32,000 nucleotides of DNA from Vibrio metoecus (GTDB lineage Bacteria; Pseudomonadota; Gammaproteobacteria; Enterobacterales; Vibrionaceae), in assembly GCF_009665255.1 (NCBI RefSeq), contig NZ_CP035686.1:994973-1026972 (forward strand). Reading direction: 5' to 3'. Below are positions 17,443 through 27,153 of the stretch, one piece after another. Position 1 is the stretch's first letter; each line of letters begins with the position of its first letter. The translations under genes and the position numbers were made by a program. Under the pieces are notes generated by a model. It did no database searches and was not told the origin of the DNA. It saw only the letters and a list, made by a program, of their open reading frames with translations.

Positions 17443-18145
17443 TGAATACATGCCAGAGAATCTGGCCAAAGCGATTGCGAACCCGCTGTTCCCAGCGTTA
17501 GACAGTTTGCTGCGTGCGGGGCGTCATGTTTCCAGTGACGATTTGGATAACCACGCCTTCCTGTCGGATTTTGAACCGGATTTGGCGCTGTTTTATCAAC
17601 GCTACCACACCGAACTGGTGCGCGCGCCGGAAGGCTTTTTCTATCTGCGTCCTCGTTCCACTTCTCTTATCAACCGCAGTGTGCTCTCTGAGCTGGATAT
17701 GTTGGTGGGTAAAGTGCTCTGCTTCCTCTATCTGAGTCCTGAGCGTTTAGCGCACGAAGGTATTTTCACCAACCAAGAGCTGTACGATGAGCTGTTGACC
17801 TTGGTGGAAGAGAAGAAGCTGATGAAGCTGGTGACCAACCGTGCCAGCGGCTCGGATCTGGATCGCGAGAAGCTGTTTGAAAAAGTACGTACTTCGCTGC
17901 GCCGTTTACGTCGCCTCGGTATGGTGATCACTATTGGTGATACGGGCAAATTCCGCATCACTGAAGCGGTATTTCGTTTTGGTGCGGATGTGCGTTTGGG
18001 CGGTGATGTGCGTGAAGCGCAGCTACGCCTAATCCGTGATGGTGAAGCCGTGGTGCATACCCCAGAACCAAGCCAGCAAAGCCTGTTGGAAAACCCAACA
18101 GCCGAGTACGACGAAGAGCAAACCGAGTGGGAAGATGAAGCATGA
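17423..18145 (+). CDS. mukE: Chromosome partition protein MukE
   Basis: From [28 protein letters not shown] the protein matches the E. coli MukE N-terminus (MSSTNIEQVMP...[10 protein letters not shown]). The track start at 17402 is a TTG extension. With the 17423 start the gene overlaps the end of mukF by 20 nt. Confidence 0.93.
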   Translation: MSSTDINEYMPENLAKAIANPLFPALDSLLRAGRHVSSDDLDNHAFLSDFEPDLALFYQRYHTELVRAPEGFFYLRPRSTSLINRSVLSELDMLVGKVLCFLYLSPERLAHEGIFTNQELYDELLTLVEEKKLMKLVTNRASGSDLDREKLFEKVRTSLRRLRRLGMVITIGDTGKFRITEAVFRFGADVRLGGDVREAQLRLIRDGEAVVHTPEPSQQSLLENPTAEYDEEQTEWEDEA

Positions 18146-21100
18146 TTGAACGAGGTAAATATCAATCGCTAACCATGATCAACTGGAACGGCTTCTTTGC
18201 GCGTACCTTTGACATTGATAATTTAGTGACCACTTTATCTGGTGGTAACGGTGCGGGTAAGTCTACCACCATGGCGGCGTTTATTACCGCTTTGATCCCA
18301 GACCAAAGCTTGCTCCATTTCCGTAACACCACAGAAGCCGGAAGCTCACAAGCCTCGCGCGATAAAGGTTTGTACGGTAAGCTGCAAGCGGGTGCGTGTT
18401 ACGCGGCGTTGGATGTAGTGAACTCACGTAACCAACGTTTACTGTTTGCGGTGAAGCTGCAACAAGTGGCGGGACGTGATAAGAAAGTGGATATCAAACC
18501 TTTCTTGATCCAAGGTCTGCCTAGTCACATTAAGCCGACGGATGTGCTGATTGAAACCGTGTCCGACAAACATGCGCGTGTTCGCCAAATCAACGAAGTG
18601 AAAGATGCTGTGGGTCATATTGAAGGCACACATTTCAAATCTTTCCCGTCGATTGTGGACTACCACGCGCAGATGTTTGAATTTGGCGTGATCCCGAAAA
18701 AGCTACGTAACAGCTCAGACCGTTCAAAATTCTACCGTTTGATTGAAGCTTCGCTTTACGGCGGTATTTCCAGTGCAATCACCCGTTCACTGCGTGATTA
18801 TCTGCTACCACAAAATGGCGGCGTGAAGAAAGCGTTCCAAGATATGGAATCCGCGCTGCGTGAAAACCGCATGACGCTGGAAGCGATCAAGACCACGCAA
18901 GCGGATCGCGATCTGTTCAAACACCTGATCACCGAATCGACCAACTATGTAGCCGCGGACTACATGCGCCACGCCAATGATCGTCGTAACAAAGTGGGAC
19001 AAACTTTAGTTCTGCGCGGTGAGCTGTTCTCTTCTCGTGAAACCCTGATTGAACAAAACAGCTTGCTGAACCGTGTTCACGAAGAGTTAGAACTGCTGGT
19101 TGAGCAAGAGTCGGCGCTGGAGCAAGATTACCAAGGCGCGTCTGACCACTTGCAATTGGTGCAAAACGCGCTGCGTCAGCAAGAAAAAATTGAACGCTAT
19201 CAAGAAGATCTCGAAGAGCTGAATTTCCGCCTCGAAGAGCAGATGATGGTGGTCGAAGAAGCCAATGAACGAGTGATGCAGGCTGAAGAGCGTGCGATCA
19301 TTAGCGAAGAGGAAGTCGATAGCCTCAAATCGCAATTGGCCGATTATCAGCAAGCTCTTGATGTGCAGCAGACCCGTGCTCTGCAATATCAACAAGCCGT
19401 GCAAGCGCTCGATAAAGCGCGCCGCTTACTGGATAAGCCAGAACTCACTGCAGAAAGTGCGCAAGCGTTAGCAACTCAACTGAAAGCGGAGCAGGAAACG
19501 CGCACCAGCGAACTGTTGGCACTCAAGCACAAGCTGGATATGTCTTCGGCCGCGGCGCAGCAGTTCAACCATGCGTTTGAACTGGTGAAACGCGTACTGG
19601 GTGAGGTAGCGCGCAGTGAAGCAGCTCATCAAGCACAGCAAGTGATCCGCCAAGCGCGTGAAGCTCAACATGTGGTGCAAAATGAAGCGCAGTGGCAAGC
19701 TCAACAACGTGACCTTGAGCGTCAGCTTGAGCAACAACGCAGCGTGCGTGAGCTGGCAACCCAATACCACAAGCAACATATGGTGGCGTTGGATGATGCC
19801 GCAACCGTAGAGTTAGAGCGTGAGCGCCACTCTGCACTGCTAGAAGAGCTGGAAACCGAGCAGGAAAACTGTCGTGAACAGCGTGGTCAGCTACGCCATC
19901 AAGAGCAAGAACTGCAAACGCAAATCGCACGTTTTGAGTCGATTGCGCCTGCATGGATCAAAGCCAACGATGCGTTAGAAACGCTACGCGAGCAAAGTGG
20001 TGCAGAACTGGCGGATAGTCAGTCTGTCATGGCGCACATGCAGCAAGTGTTGGAGCTGGAAAAAGCCCAATCCATGGCGAAAGATAAGCTCGCCGAGCGT
20101 CGCGCGAAACTCGATAGCGAAATTGAGCGTTTAGCTTCTCCGGGTGGCTCTAACGATCCGCGTCTGAAAGGCTTAGCGGATACGCTAGGCGGTGTGCTGC
20201 TGTCGGAAATCTATGACGACATCACCATTGATGATGCGCCGTATTTCAGTGCGATGTACGGTCCTGCGCGTCACGCGATTGTGGTGTCGGATCTCTCTGG
20301 CATTAAAGAAAAACTGGTTGAATTGGATGACTGTCCGGAAGATCTCTACCTCATCGAAGGCGATGTAGATGCGTTTGATGATAGCTCATTCAATGCCGAA
20401 GAGCTGGAAGGTGCGGTGTGCGTTCAGCTTAACCAGCGCCAAATGCGCTATTCGCGCTTCCCAGCCATTCCACTGTTTGGCCGCGCGGCGCGTGAGCAGC
20501 GTTTAGAGCTGCTGCGTGAAGAGCGTGATGAAATAGTTGAGCAACACGCCAAAGCTTCGTTCGATTCGCAAAAGCTGCAACGTCTGTACGCCAGCTTCAA
20601 CCAGTTTGTGGCGATGCACTTGCAAGTGGCGTTTGATGCCGATCCTGAGCAAGCCTTGGCGACGGCGCGCGATAAGCGTAATCAACTGCTGCGCTCCATC
20701 AGCGAATTTGAAGCGCAAGAGCAGCAACTGCGTAGCCAGTTGCAAGCGAGCAAGCAAGCTTTAGCTGCGTTGGACAAACTTGCGCCACAGATGGGTCTAC
20801 TTGACGAAGAGTCGCTCGAAGCGCGTTACCACGAGCTTGAAGAGAAACTGCAACAGCTGAGTGAGGCAAAAGCCTTTATCGCTGCGCATGGCCGCACCAT
20901 CAGCGAGCTGGAAAAAGTCGCGGCGGTACTCGATGCCGACCCAGAGCAGTTTGATGCGTTGGAGCAGCAATACCAGCAAGCTGACCAAGCACTGCAGCAA
21001 CTCAAAGCGCAAATTTTTGCGCTGTCGGATCTGCTTGAACGTCGTCATCACTTTGCTTATTCCGACTCGGTGGATCTGCTTAACCAAAGCAGTGAGCTGA

Positions 21101-22617
21101 GTGAACAGCTCAAAGCAAAATTGGTGCAGGCGGAAAGTGAACGTACCCGTAGTCGTGAAGAGCTGAAACAGGCGCAAGCTCAGCTCAGCCAATACAATCA
21201 GCTGTTGGCGTCACTGAAAAGTTCGCACCAAGCTAAGCTAGAAACGGTGCAAGAGTTCAAACAAGAGCTACAAGAGTTTGGCGTGCATGCCGACGAAGGT
21301 GCGATTGAGCGTGCTCAGCGTCGTCGTGATGAGCTGCAAGAACGTCTACACACTTCGCGCAGCCGTAAGAGTGAATACGAACGCACCATCACATCTACTG
21401 AGCTGGAAATGAAAGCGCTAGTGAAGCGCATGAAGAAAGTCGAGAAAGATTATCAAGACCTGCGCACTTTCGTGGTCAACGCGAAAGCGGGTTGGTGCTC
21501 AGTCTTACGTCTTGCGCGCCAAAATGATGTTGAGCGTCGTCTGCACAAGCGTGAGCTGGCTTACCTGTCGGCCGATGAACTGCGTTCAATGTCGGATAAA
21601 TCCTTGGGTGCGCTGCGTCTAGCGGTCGCCAACAATGAAGATCTGCGCGATGCACTGCGTCAGTCGGAAGATAACTCGCGTCCTGAGCGTAAAGTGCTGT
21701 TCTACATTGCGGTGTATCAGCATCTGCGTGAGCGCATTCGTCAAGACATCATTCGCACCGACGATCCGGTCGAAGCGATTGAAGAGATGGAAGTGGAGCT
21801 GGCGCGTCTAACCGAAGAGTTGACTCAACGTGAACAGCGTTTGGCGATCAGTTCAGATTCGGTTGCCAGCATTATCCGCAAAACCATTCAGCGTGAGCAG
21901 AACCGTATTCGCATGCTCAACCAAGGACTGTCGAATATCTCCTTTGGTCAGGTGAATGGCGTGCGCCTGAATGTGAAAGTGCGTGAAAGCCATGAAATCC
22001 TGCTGGCAGGATTGTCTGAGCAGCAAGCGCAACACAAAGATCTGTTTGAAAGTGCGCGTTACACCTTCTCAGAAGCGATGGCCAAGCTGTTCCAACGTGT
22101 GAACCCACACATCGATATGGGTCAACGTTCACCGCAAGTGCTGGGTGAGGAGCTTTTGGATTACCGTAACTACCTAGAGCTGAGTGTGGAAGTCAACCGT
22201 GGTTCGGATGGTTGGCTGCAAGCGGAATCGGGCGCATTGTCGACCGGTGAAGCGATCGGTACCGGTCAGTCAATCCTGCTGATGGTGGTACAAAGCTGGG
22301 AAGAAGAGTCGCGTCGTCTGCGCAGTAAAGATATTGTGCCGTGTCGCCTGTTGTTCCTTGATGAAGCCGCGCGTCTGGATGCCAAATCCATCGCCACCTT
22401 GTTTGAGCTGTGTGAGCGTCTGGATATGCAGTTACTGATTGCTGCGCCAGAGAACATCAGCCCAGAGAAGGGCACCACTTACAAACTGGTACGTAAAGTG
22501 TTTAAAGATCACGAGCACGTACATGTGGTGGGGCTACGCGGTTTTGCGCAAACCGAAAAGCCAAAAACGGCGGAGCAGAAATTCGCCGAAGAATTGGCCG
22601 GTGAGTTGACGGAATAG
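18142..22617 (+). CDS. mukB: Chromosome partition protein MukB (SMC-like condensin)
   Basis: The 1491-aa ORF has a Walker A motif (GGNGAGKST), long coiled-coil arms, and a C-terminal signature and Walker B region (LSTGEAIG...[11 protein letters not shown]). Its ATG overlaps the mukE stop (ATGA). Confidence 0.97.
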   Translation: MIERGKYQSLTMINWNGFFARTFDIDNLVTTLSGGNGAGKSTTMAAFITALIPDQSLLHFRNTTEAGSSQASRDKGLYGKLQAGACYAALDVVNSRNQRLLFAVKLQQVAGRDKKVDIKPFLIQGLPSHIKPTDVLIETVSDKHARVRQINEVKDAVGHIEGTHFKSFPSIVDYHAQMFEFGVIPKKLRNSSDRSKFYRLIEASLYGGISSAITRSLRDYLLPQNGGVKKAFQDMESALRENRMTLEAIKTTQADRDLFKHLITESTNYVAADYMRHANDRRNKVGQTLVLRGELFSSRETLIEQNSLLNRVHEELELLVEQESALEQDYQGASDHLQLVQNALRQQEKIERYQEDLEELNFRLEEQMMVVEEANERVMQAEERAIISEEEVDSLKSQLADYQQALDVQQTRALQYQQAVQALDKARRLLDKPELTAESAQALATQLKAEQETRTSELLALKHKLDMSSAAAQQFNHAFELVKRVLGEVARSEAAHQAQQVIRQAREAQHVVQNEAQWQAQQRDLERQLEQQRSVRELATQYHKQHMVALDDAATVELERERHSALLEELETEQENCREQRGQLRHQEQELQTQIARFESIAPAWIKANDALETLREQSGAELADSQSVMAHMQQVLELEKAQSMAKDKLAERRAKLDSEIERLASPGGSNDPRLKGLADTLGGVLLSEIYDDITIDDAPYFSAMYGPARHAIVVSDLSGIKEKLVELDDCPEDLYLIEGDVDAFDDSSFNAEELEGAVCVQLNQRQMRYSRFPAIPLFGRAAREQRLELLREERDEIVEQHAKASFDSQKLQRLYASFNQFVAMHLQVAFDADPEQALATARDKRNQLLRSISEFEAQEQQLRSQLQASKQALAALDKLAPQMGLLDEESLEARYHELEEKLQQLSEAKAFIAAHGRTISELEKVAAVLDADPEQFDALEQQYQQADQALQQLKAQIFALSDLLERRHHFAYSDSVDLLNQSSELSEQLKAKLVQAESERTRSREELKQAQAQLSQYNQLLASLKSSHQAKLETVQEFKQELQEFGVHADEGAIERAQRRRDELQERLHTSRSRKSEYERTITSTELEMKALVKRMKKVEKDYQDLRTFVVNAKAGWCSVLRLARQNDVERRLHKRELAYLSADELRSMSDKSLGALRLAVANNEDLRDALRQSEDNSRPERKVLFYIAVYQHLRERIRQDIIRTDDPVEAIEEMEVELARLTEELTQREQRLAISSDSVASIIRKTIQREQNRIRMLNQGLSNISFGQVNGVRLNVKVRESHEILLAGLSEQQAQHKDLFESARYTFSEAMAKLFQRVNPHIDMGQRSPQVLGEELLDYRNYLELSVEVNRGSDGWLQAESGALSTGEAIGTGQSILLMVVQSWEEESRRLRSKDIVPCRLLFLDEAARLDAKSIATLFELCERLDMQLLIAAPENISPEKGTTYKLVRKVFKDHEHVHVVGLRGFAQTEKPKTAEQKFAEELAGELTE

Positions 22618-22642
22618 TCGAGACCCATCAGGGCTTGATATG

Positions 22643-22674
22643 AAAACGCCTTCCATTTGGAAGGCGTTTTTTTG
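22643..22674. terminator. Bidirectional terminator between convergent mukB and the alcohol dehydrogenase gene
   Basis: aaaacgccttcc (22643-22654) pairs with ggaaggcgtttt (22659-22670) around a 4-nt loop and is followed by a T-run. Confidence 0.85.
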
Positions 22675-22730
22675 TAAGGGCTCCACTCTAGGCAGTGGAA
22701 AATGAGCGTAGCCCTTGAACCGGTGTCAGA

Positions 22731-23900
22731 TTAATAACAGGCTTCGAGGATGTTGAGCACTTCTTCTTTGGTTAGCGTTTTATAACCGTTACCAAAAATA
22801 ATCGTCGATTGTGCAATCTCAGGCAGCATAGCTTTGGTTGCTCCCAGCTCGGCTAATGACGTGACAATGCCACATTCCTGCGTGAAGTGTTCTAGCGCAT
22901 CCAGTCCGGCCTGAGCGATTTGCTCTGGGCTTTTCCCTTCTGGTGAAATGCCCCAAACCTGAGTGGCAAAACGCACGAATTTTTCCAATCCATAGGGGTA
23001 AATTAAGCGATAGTAAGGCAACGAAATCGCCGCTAATCCCATGCCGTGTGCACAATCTGTGTAAGCTCCGAGCTGATGCTCAATCATATGGACTTGCCAG
23101 TCCTGACTCTTGGAAAGCCCTGTGACTGTGTTGAGTGCTAACGTTGCATTCCACATCAAATTACTTCTCGCTTCGTAATCTTGCGGGTTCTGTAGTGCTA
23201 ACCGTAAGTTATCGATCGATGATTTTAAAAGGCTTTCAATCACATAATCAGTAGTGTTGGCGCCTTGATCGGAGAAGTATTGCTCCATCAGGTGCGACAT
23301 GGTATCGAACACACCGGATACCATTTGATATTGAGGTACAGTGAAGGTGTATTCTGGATTTAGAATCGAAAACTTTGGAAACACGTTGGCAGGAAATACG
23401 CGCCCCGCTTTGTATTTCATCGCTTCATGAGTGATCACCGAGCCGCCATTCATTTCTGAACCTGTTCCGACCATCGTCAGAATTGAGGCCACAGGAACGA
23501 TCTCATGATCCACATCTTGAAACTCTATCCAGTATTTTTGGAATGGATCTTGGCCTTCACAGTAGGCTGATACGGAAATGCCCTTTGCACAGTCAATGAC
23601 CGAGCCACCACCGACAGCTAAAATCAGGGACACCTTATGTTCACGAACTTTGGCAACACCTTCCATCATTTTGGCGTAAGTTGGGTTCGGCATTACGCCG
23701 GATAATTCCACCACGTTTTTCCCCGCAGCGCTGAGCATGGCGAGCACTTGGTCATAAAGACCATTGGTTTTTATCGCATTGCGACCATACACCAGCATGA
23801 CGGTTTCGCCATAGTGGGGGAGTTCATCTTGCAGTTTTTCAAGTGCGGTGCGACCAAAATGAATTTTGGTTGGGTTGTAGTAGGAAAAATCGAGTTGCAT
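22731..23900 (-). CDS. Iron-containing (group III) alcohol dehydrogenase, BdhA/YqhD-like
   Basis: From MQLDFSYYNPTKIHFG the protein has the group III motifs LAVGGGSVIDCAKG and the His cluster HMIEHQLGAYTDCAHG. The start is placed at the ATG at 23900, which follows an aaggaag SD. The 23 extra N-terminal residues in the track ORF are not family-like. Confidence 0.9.
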   Translation of the reverse strand: MQLDFSYYNPTKIHFGRTALEKLQDELPHYGETVMLVYGRNAIKTNGLYDQVLAMLSAAGKNVVELSGVMPNPTYAKMMEGVAKVREHKVSLILAVGGGSVIDCAKGISVSAYCEGQDPFQKYWIEFQDVDHEIVPVASILTMVGTGSEMNGGSVITHEAMKYKAGRVFPANVFPKFSILNPEYTFTVPQYQMVSGVFDTMSHLMEQYFSDQGANTTDYVIESLLKSSIDNLRLALQNPQDYEARSNLMWNATLALNTVTGLSKSQDWQVHMIEHQLGAYTDCAHGMGLAAISLPYYRLIYPYGLEKFVRFATQVWGISPEGKSPEQIAQAGLDALEHFTQECGIVTSLAELGATKAMLPEIAQSTIIFGNGYKTLTKEEVLNILEACY

Positions 23901-24253
23901 GGTCACTTCCTTCTCTAAGGTCGATGAGTTAAGCCTGCGGCTTGCCATTTTCAAACTGAATTCGGGCAAGCATGGCTCTATTTGTGGTTCATCTTACGCA
24001 GTTAAGGGGAGTGACTGAATATCCAATCCTCTTTGATTCTTGCCTATTTTTCCTAATCGATGATTTGCTTTTATCGCGCCATTCATTTTTTGTTATTGGA
24101 TTTAATCTAATTTACTGTTTTATATAATTTTATAAATCCAGTTGCCATATTGCTAGTTGGATTGATTGCTTAATCCTCCATGTGTCCTATTTCTTGTTAG
24201 CACTGTTGGACGAATGAAATGATCATCATGCATCTTGTATCTTGTATTCGAAT

Positions 24254-25165
24254 TTAGAGCAGGTTTGCGGTACGCAGTGTTTTGATGTCTTTGACTGGCG
24301 GGGATCCAAAAAGTCGACTGTACTCTCGGCTAAACTGTGACGGGCTTTCGTAGCCAACCTTAAAGGTGGCAGTCATGGCATCGATATTTTCAGCGAGCAT
24401 TAAACGGCGAGCTTCACTGAGGCGGAGCTTCTTTTGAAATTGCAGCGGAGTCATCGCCGTCATTGCGCGAAAGTGGGTGTAAAACGCGGATTTACTCATC
24501 CCACTTGAGTTGGCAAGCTGGCTGACATTCAAAGGTTTGACGAAATTGTGCTTGAGCCAATCAATGGCTTTGGAAATTTGATGACTATGACTGCCGGGAG
24601 CAACAATCTGGCTCAGCCGAGCACCTTGTTCAGTCTGCAATAGCCGATAGAAAATCTCGCGCTTGATGAGAGGCGCAAGAATGTTGATGTTGGCGGGTTC
24701 ATCAAGTAAGGCGACTAGGCGGGTAAAGGCCTCTAAGATCGGAAGGGATAGCTGACCTACAGCAATACTTTGTGACGGCGAATGATTGGGCTCAAAAGTA
24801 AATTGACTATCCACAATCAACTGAGAAATTTCCTGCATATCTAACTCAAGAATGATCCCCAAGTAGGGGGTCTCTTCACTGGCTTCCATGATGTTGGCAA
24901 TCACGGGCAGATCGACTGAGGAAATCAAAAAATGGTTGGCATCATATACAAAGCACTCTTCACCGAGAAAAACACGCTTTTTCCCTTGTGCGATCAGGCA
25001 AAGACTGGATTTGTGCGTATAGCTTACAGGTTGGGTTTCACTTGTCCAACGGCTGAGCCGCAGGCCGCTGATCGCAGTTTCCATCTGGTTGTTCTGACCT
25101 GTCCATTGCTCAATCTGTGAAGCGAGGAGACGAGTGGCTGCCGAGATGTTAGGAAGAGGTTGCAT
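24254..25165 (-). CDS. AraC-family transcriptional regulator with AraC_N-type sensor domain
   Basis: The 303-aa ORF has a C-terminal double helix-turn-helix (VSQLANSSGMSKSAFYTHFRAMTAMTPLQFQKKLRLSEARRLM...VGYESPSQFSREYSRLFG). The N-terminal domain resembles the YqhC group of AraC regulators. Confidence 0.85.
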   Translation of the reverse strand: MQPLPNISAATRLLASQIEQWTGQNNQMETAISGLRLSRWTSETQPVSYTHKSSLCLIAQGKKRVFLGEECFVYDANHFLISSVDLPVIANIMEASEETPYLGIILELDMQEISQLIVDSQFTFEPNHSPSQSIAVGQLSLPILEAFTRLVALLDEPANINILAPLIKREIFYRLLQTEQGARLSQIVAPGSHSHQISKAIDWLKHNFVKPLNVSQLANSSGMSKSAFYTHFRAMTAMTPLQFQKKLRLSEARRLMLAENIDAMTATFKVGYESPSQFSREYSRLFGSPPVKDIKTLRTANLL

Positions 25166-25483
25166 ATTGGCTCTGTGGTATTTAGGTGCGAAAACTAGAG
25201 TATTTATAGCATCTCTCGTATGAATGTGAAGAGGATTAGATAAGCTTAAGATGACACATAATAAGTGGGTGTTTTGTGTTTGTTGTTTACATCTTACTGT
25301 TTATTAATGGGTATTTTCGTATTTTGTGTCTTTATCTGTGAGCTGTGACAAAGGGGAAAAATTCCATTTTGGATTTTTAGGCAATCATTCGCGAGAAATA
25401 GGTTAGCGCAATGAGCGGTTGAGGGCATAGCTTATGGAGGTGTTTTGACTAAATCTTAATTTCATCTCAGAGGTATTTTCATC

Positions 25484-25933
25484 ATGAGTCATCATCCTGC
25501 CGATCGTCGATCCCAAGTGCTGTCTTCACTACAAGAATGGTCTTCAGTGAGCTGTTTTCCATTGGGTGAGATAAACCAAGCCTATGCTAATTACTTTTCT
25601 GGTATCAGCTATTTAGCGTTGCTTAACCAGACTGATTTGCCGGTTTTTAATGTGACCTTTGAGCCGGGATGTCGCAACTTTTGGCACATTCATCATCAAG
25701 GTGGGCAAGTGTTGCTGGTGACGGCTGGGCGAGGTTGGTACCAAGAGGAGGGCTGCCCCGCACGGGAATTGCATCCTGGAGATACTGTTTATATCGCCCC
25801 AGGCAAAAAGCACTGGCATGGTGCAGCGCGAGACAGCTGGTTTTCGCACATTGCGGTGGCGATCCCTGCGCAAGGGGCGAGTAACGAATGGCTAGAGAGT
25901 GTCTCTGAGCAAGAGTATCAATTGCTTCCTTAA
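25484..25933 (+). CDS. Cupin-domain protein
   Basis: The 149-aa ORF has the cupin motifs FEPGCRNFWHIHHQGGQVLLVTAG and PGDTVYIAPGKKHWHGA. It is divergent from the AraC regulator gene. Confidence 0.78.
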   Translation: MSHHPADRRSQVLSSLQEWSSVSCFPLGEINQAYANYFSGISYLALLNQTDLPVFNVTFEPGCRNFWHIHHQGGQVLLVTAGRGWYQEEGCPARELHPGDTVYIAPGKKHWHGAARDSWFSHIAVAIPAQGASNEWLESVSEQEYQLLP

Positions 25934-25970
25934 ACAGAGACGAGAGTTGACTCGTGCGTGATCAGCAAGG

Positions 25971-26414
25971 TTACTGCCGCTCATCTTTGGGCGAATCCAT
26001 CACCACCATGGTGGTAATGGATTTGACTACCGCACATTCACCAAGCACATCGGCATGGAAGCGTTTGTAAGCCACCAGATCTTTGGTTTCCACGCGCAGC
26101 AAGTATTCGTTCATGCCAGTGATGTTGTGGCATTCCACCACTTCTTTGGCAAAGCGGACATGCTGCTCAAAGCTGAGCTGTGATTGCTTGGTATGGCTGT
26201 TTAAGCCAATCGCCACATACGCGATAAAACCGACCTCAAGCTGGTTTTTATCCAATACTGCGCGATAGCCTTTGATAATTTTCTTACGCTCTAAATCTTG
26301 CACGCGACGTAGGGTTGCAGAGGGCGATAACCCCACGCGCTCGGCCAACTCCACATTGGAAACTCGGCCATCAAGTTGCAGCTCTTGCAATATTCTTTCG
26401 TCAAACCTATCCAT
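25971..26414 (-). CDS. Lrp/AsnC-family transcriptional regulator
   Basis: The 147-aa ORF has an N-terminal helix-turn-helix (DERILQELQLDGRVSNVELAERVGLSPSATLRRV) followed by a RAM/AsnC_trans_reg domain. Confidence 0.88.
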   Translation of the reverse strand: MDRFDERILQELQLDGRVSNVELAERVGLSPSATLRRVQDLERKKIIKGYRAVLDKNQLEVGFIAYVAIGLNSHTKQSQLSFEQHVRFAKEVVECHNITGMNEYLLRVETKDLVAYKRFHADVLGECAVVKSITTMVVMDSPKDERQ

Positions 26415-26521
26415 GATTCTCTTTTGTTGTGCATTCAGTGTTTTGTTCGCTCATATAAACACAAAATTGCGTCAGGGAGCGATTAATATTTTTGCATCTG
26501 ACATTAATCGAGAACATCGTT

Positions 26522-27106
26522 ATGGATTACACCTTATTCGGGCCGCTGTTGGCGTTTGCTTTTGTTTCTACTTTTTCGCCAGGCCCTAACAACATCATGC
26601 TGATGACATCGGGAGCCAATGTTGGCTTTCTGCGCACTATCCCGCACATGCTGGGGATTACGTTTGGTTTTAGCATCATGGTATTGCTGGTGGGAGTGGG
26701 CTTGACGGAACTGTTTCAGCGCTATCCTCTGATCCAGCAAGGGCTACAAATTCTCTGCACTTTGTATTTGGTGTATCTGGCGGTCAAAATTGCCCTGAGC
26801 CGACCATCCAAAGATGGGCAAGAGTATCAGCCAATGTCTTTCGTGGCGGCGGCGCTGTTTCAGTGGGTGAACCCCAAAGGTTGGTCAATGGCGCTCACTG
26901 CGGTGAGTGTATTTAACCCGAATGCGAGTTGGCTACAGCTCGGTTTGATTGCGTTGGTGTTTGCGTTAGTGAATTTACCTTCAGTCAGTGTGTGGACTGC
27001 CGCAGGCAAGCAACTGAGTTACTGGATGAATCATCCCAATTATGTGCGTTGGTTTAATGGGGCGATGGGAGGATTGTTACTGCTTTCGGTGGTACCGATG
27101 CTTTGA
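26522..27106 (+). CDS. LysE/RhtB-family amino-acid exporter
   Basis: From MDYTLFGPLLAFAFVSTFSPGPNNIML the sequence shows the family signature and six predicted transmembrane segments. The TTG at 26492 used by the track adds 10 residues that do not look like the family. The gene is divergent from the Lrp gene. Confidence 0.85.
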   Translation: MDYTLFGPLLAFAFVSTFSPGPNNIMLMTSGANVGFLRTIPHMLGITFGFSIMVLLVGVGLTELFQRYPLIQQGLQILCTLYLVYLAVKIALSRPSKDGQEYQPMSFVAAALFQWVNPKGWSMALTAVSVFNPNASWLQLGLIALVFALVNLPSVSVWTAAGKQLSYWMNHPNYVRWFNGAMGGLLLLSVVPML

Positions 27107-27116
27107 GGTAAAACAT

Positions 27117-27140
27117 TCAGCCTCCCAAATGGGAGGCTGA
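27117..27140. terminator. Shared hairpin between convergent lysE-family gene and ygiQ
   Basis: A perfect 10-bp stem, tcagcctccc with gggaggctga, closes the loop aaat. The flanking U-runs are weak, so terminator efficiency is uncertain. Confidence 0.55.
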
Positions 27141-27153
27141 AAGAGGTATAGAT

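Noticed and set aside
18439-22478. About a dozen 60-131-aa antisense or alternate-frame ORFs inside mukB (for example 19565..19954 and 20797..21192), plus similar ones inside mukF, mukE, topA, glgC and glgA.
   Set aside because: They are shadow ORFs. The repetitive Q/A/E/L-rich coiled-coil codon usage of mukB leaves few stops on the opposite strand. Their products are low complexity, with no SD and no domain-like sequence.
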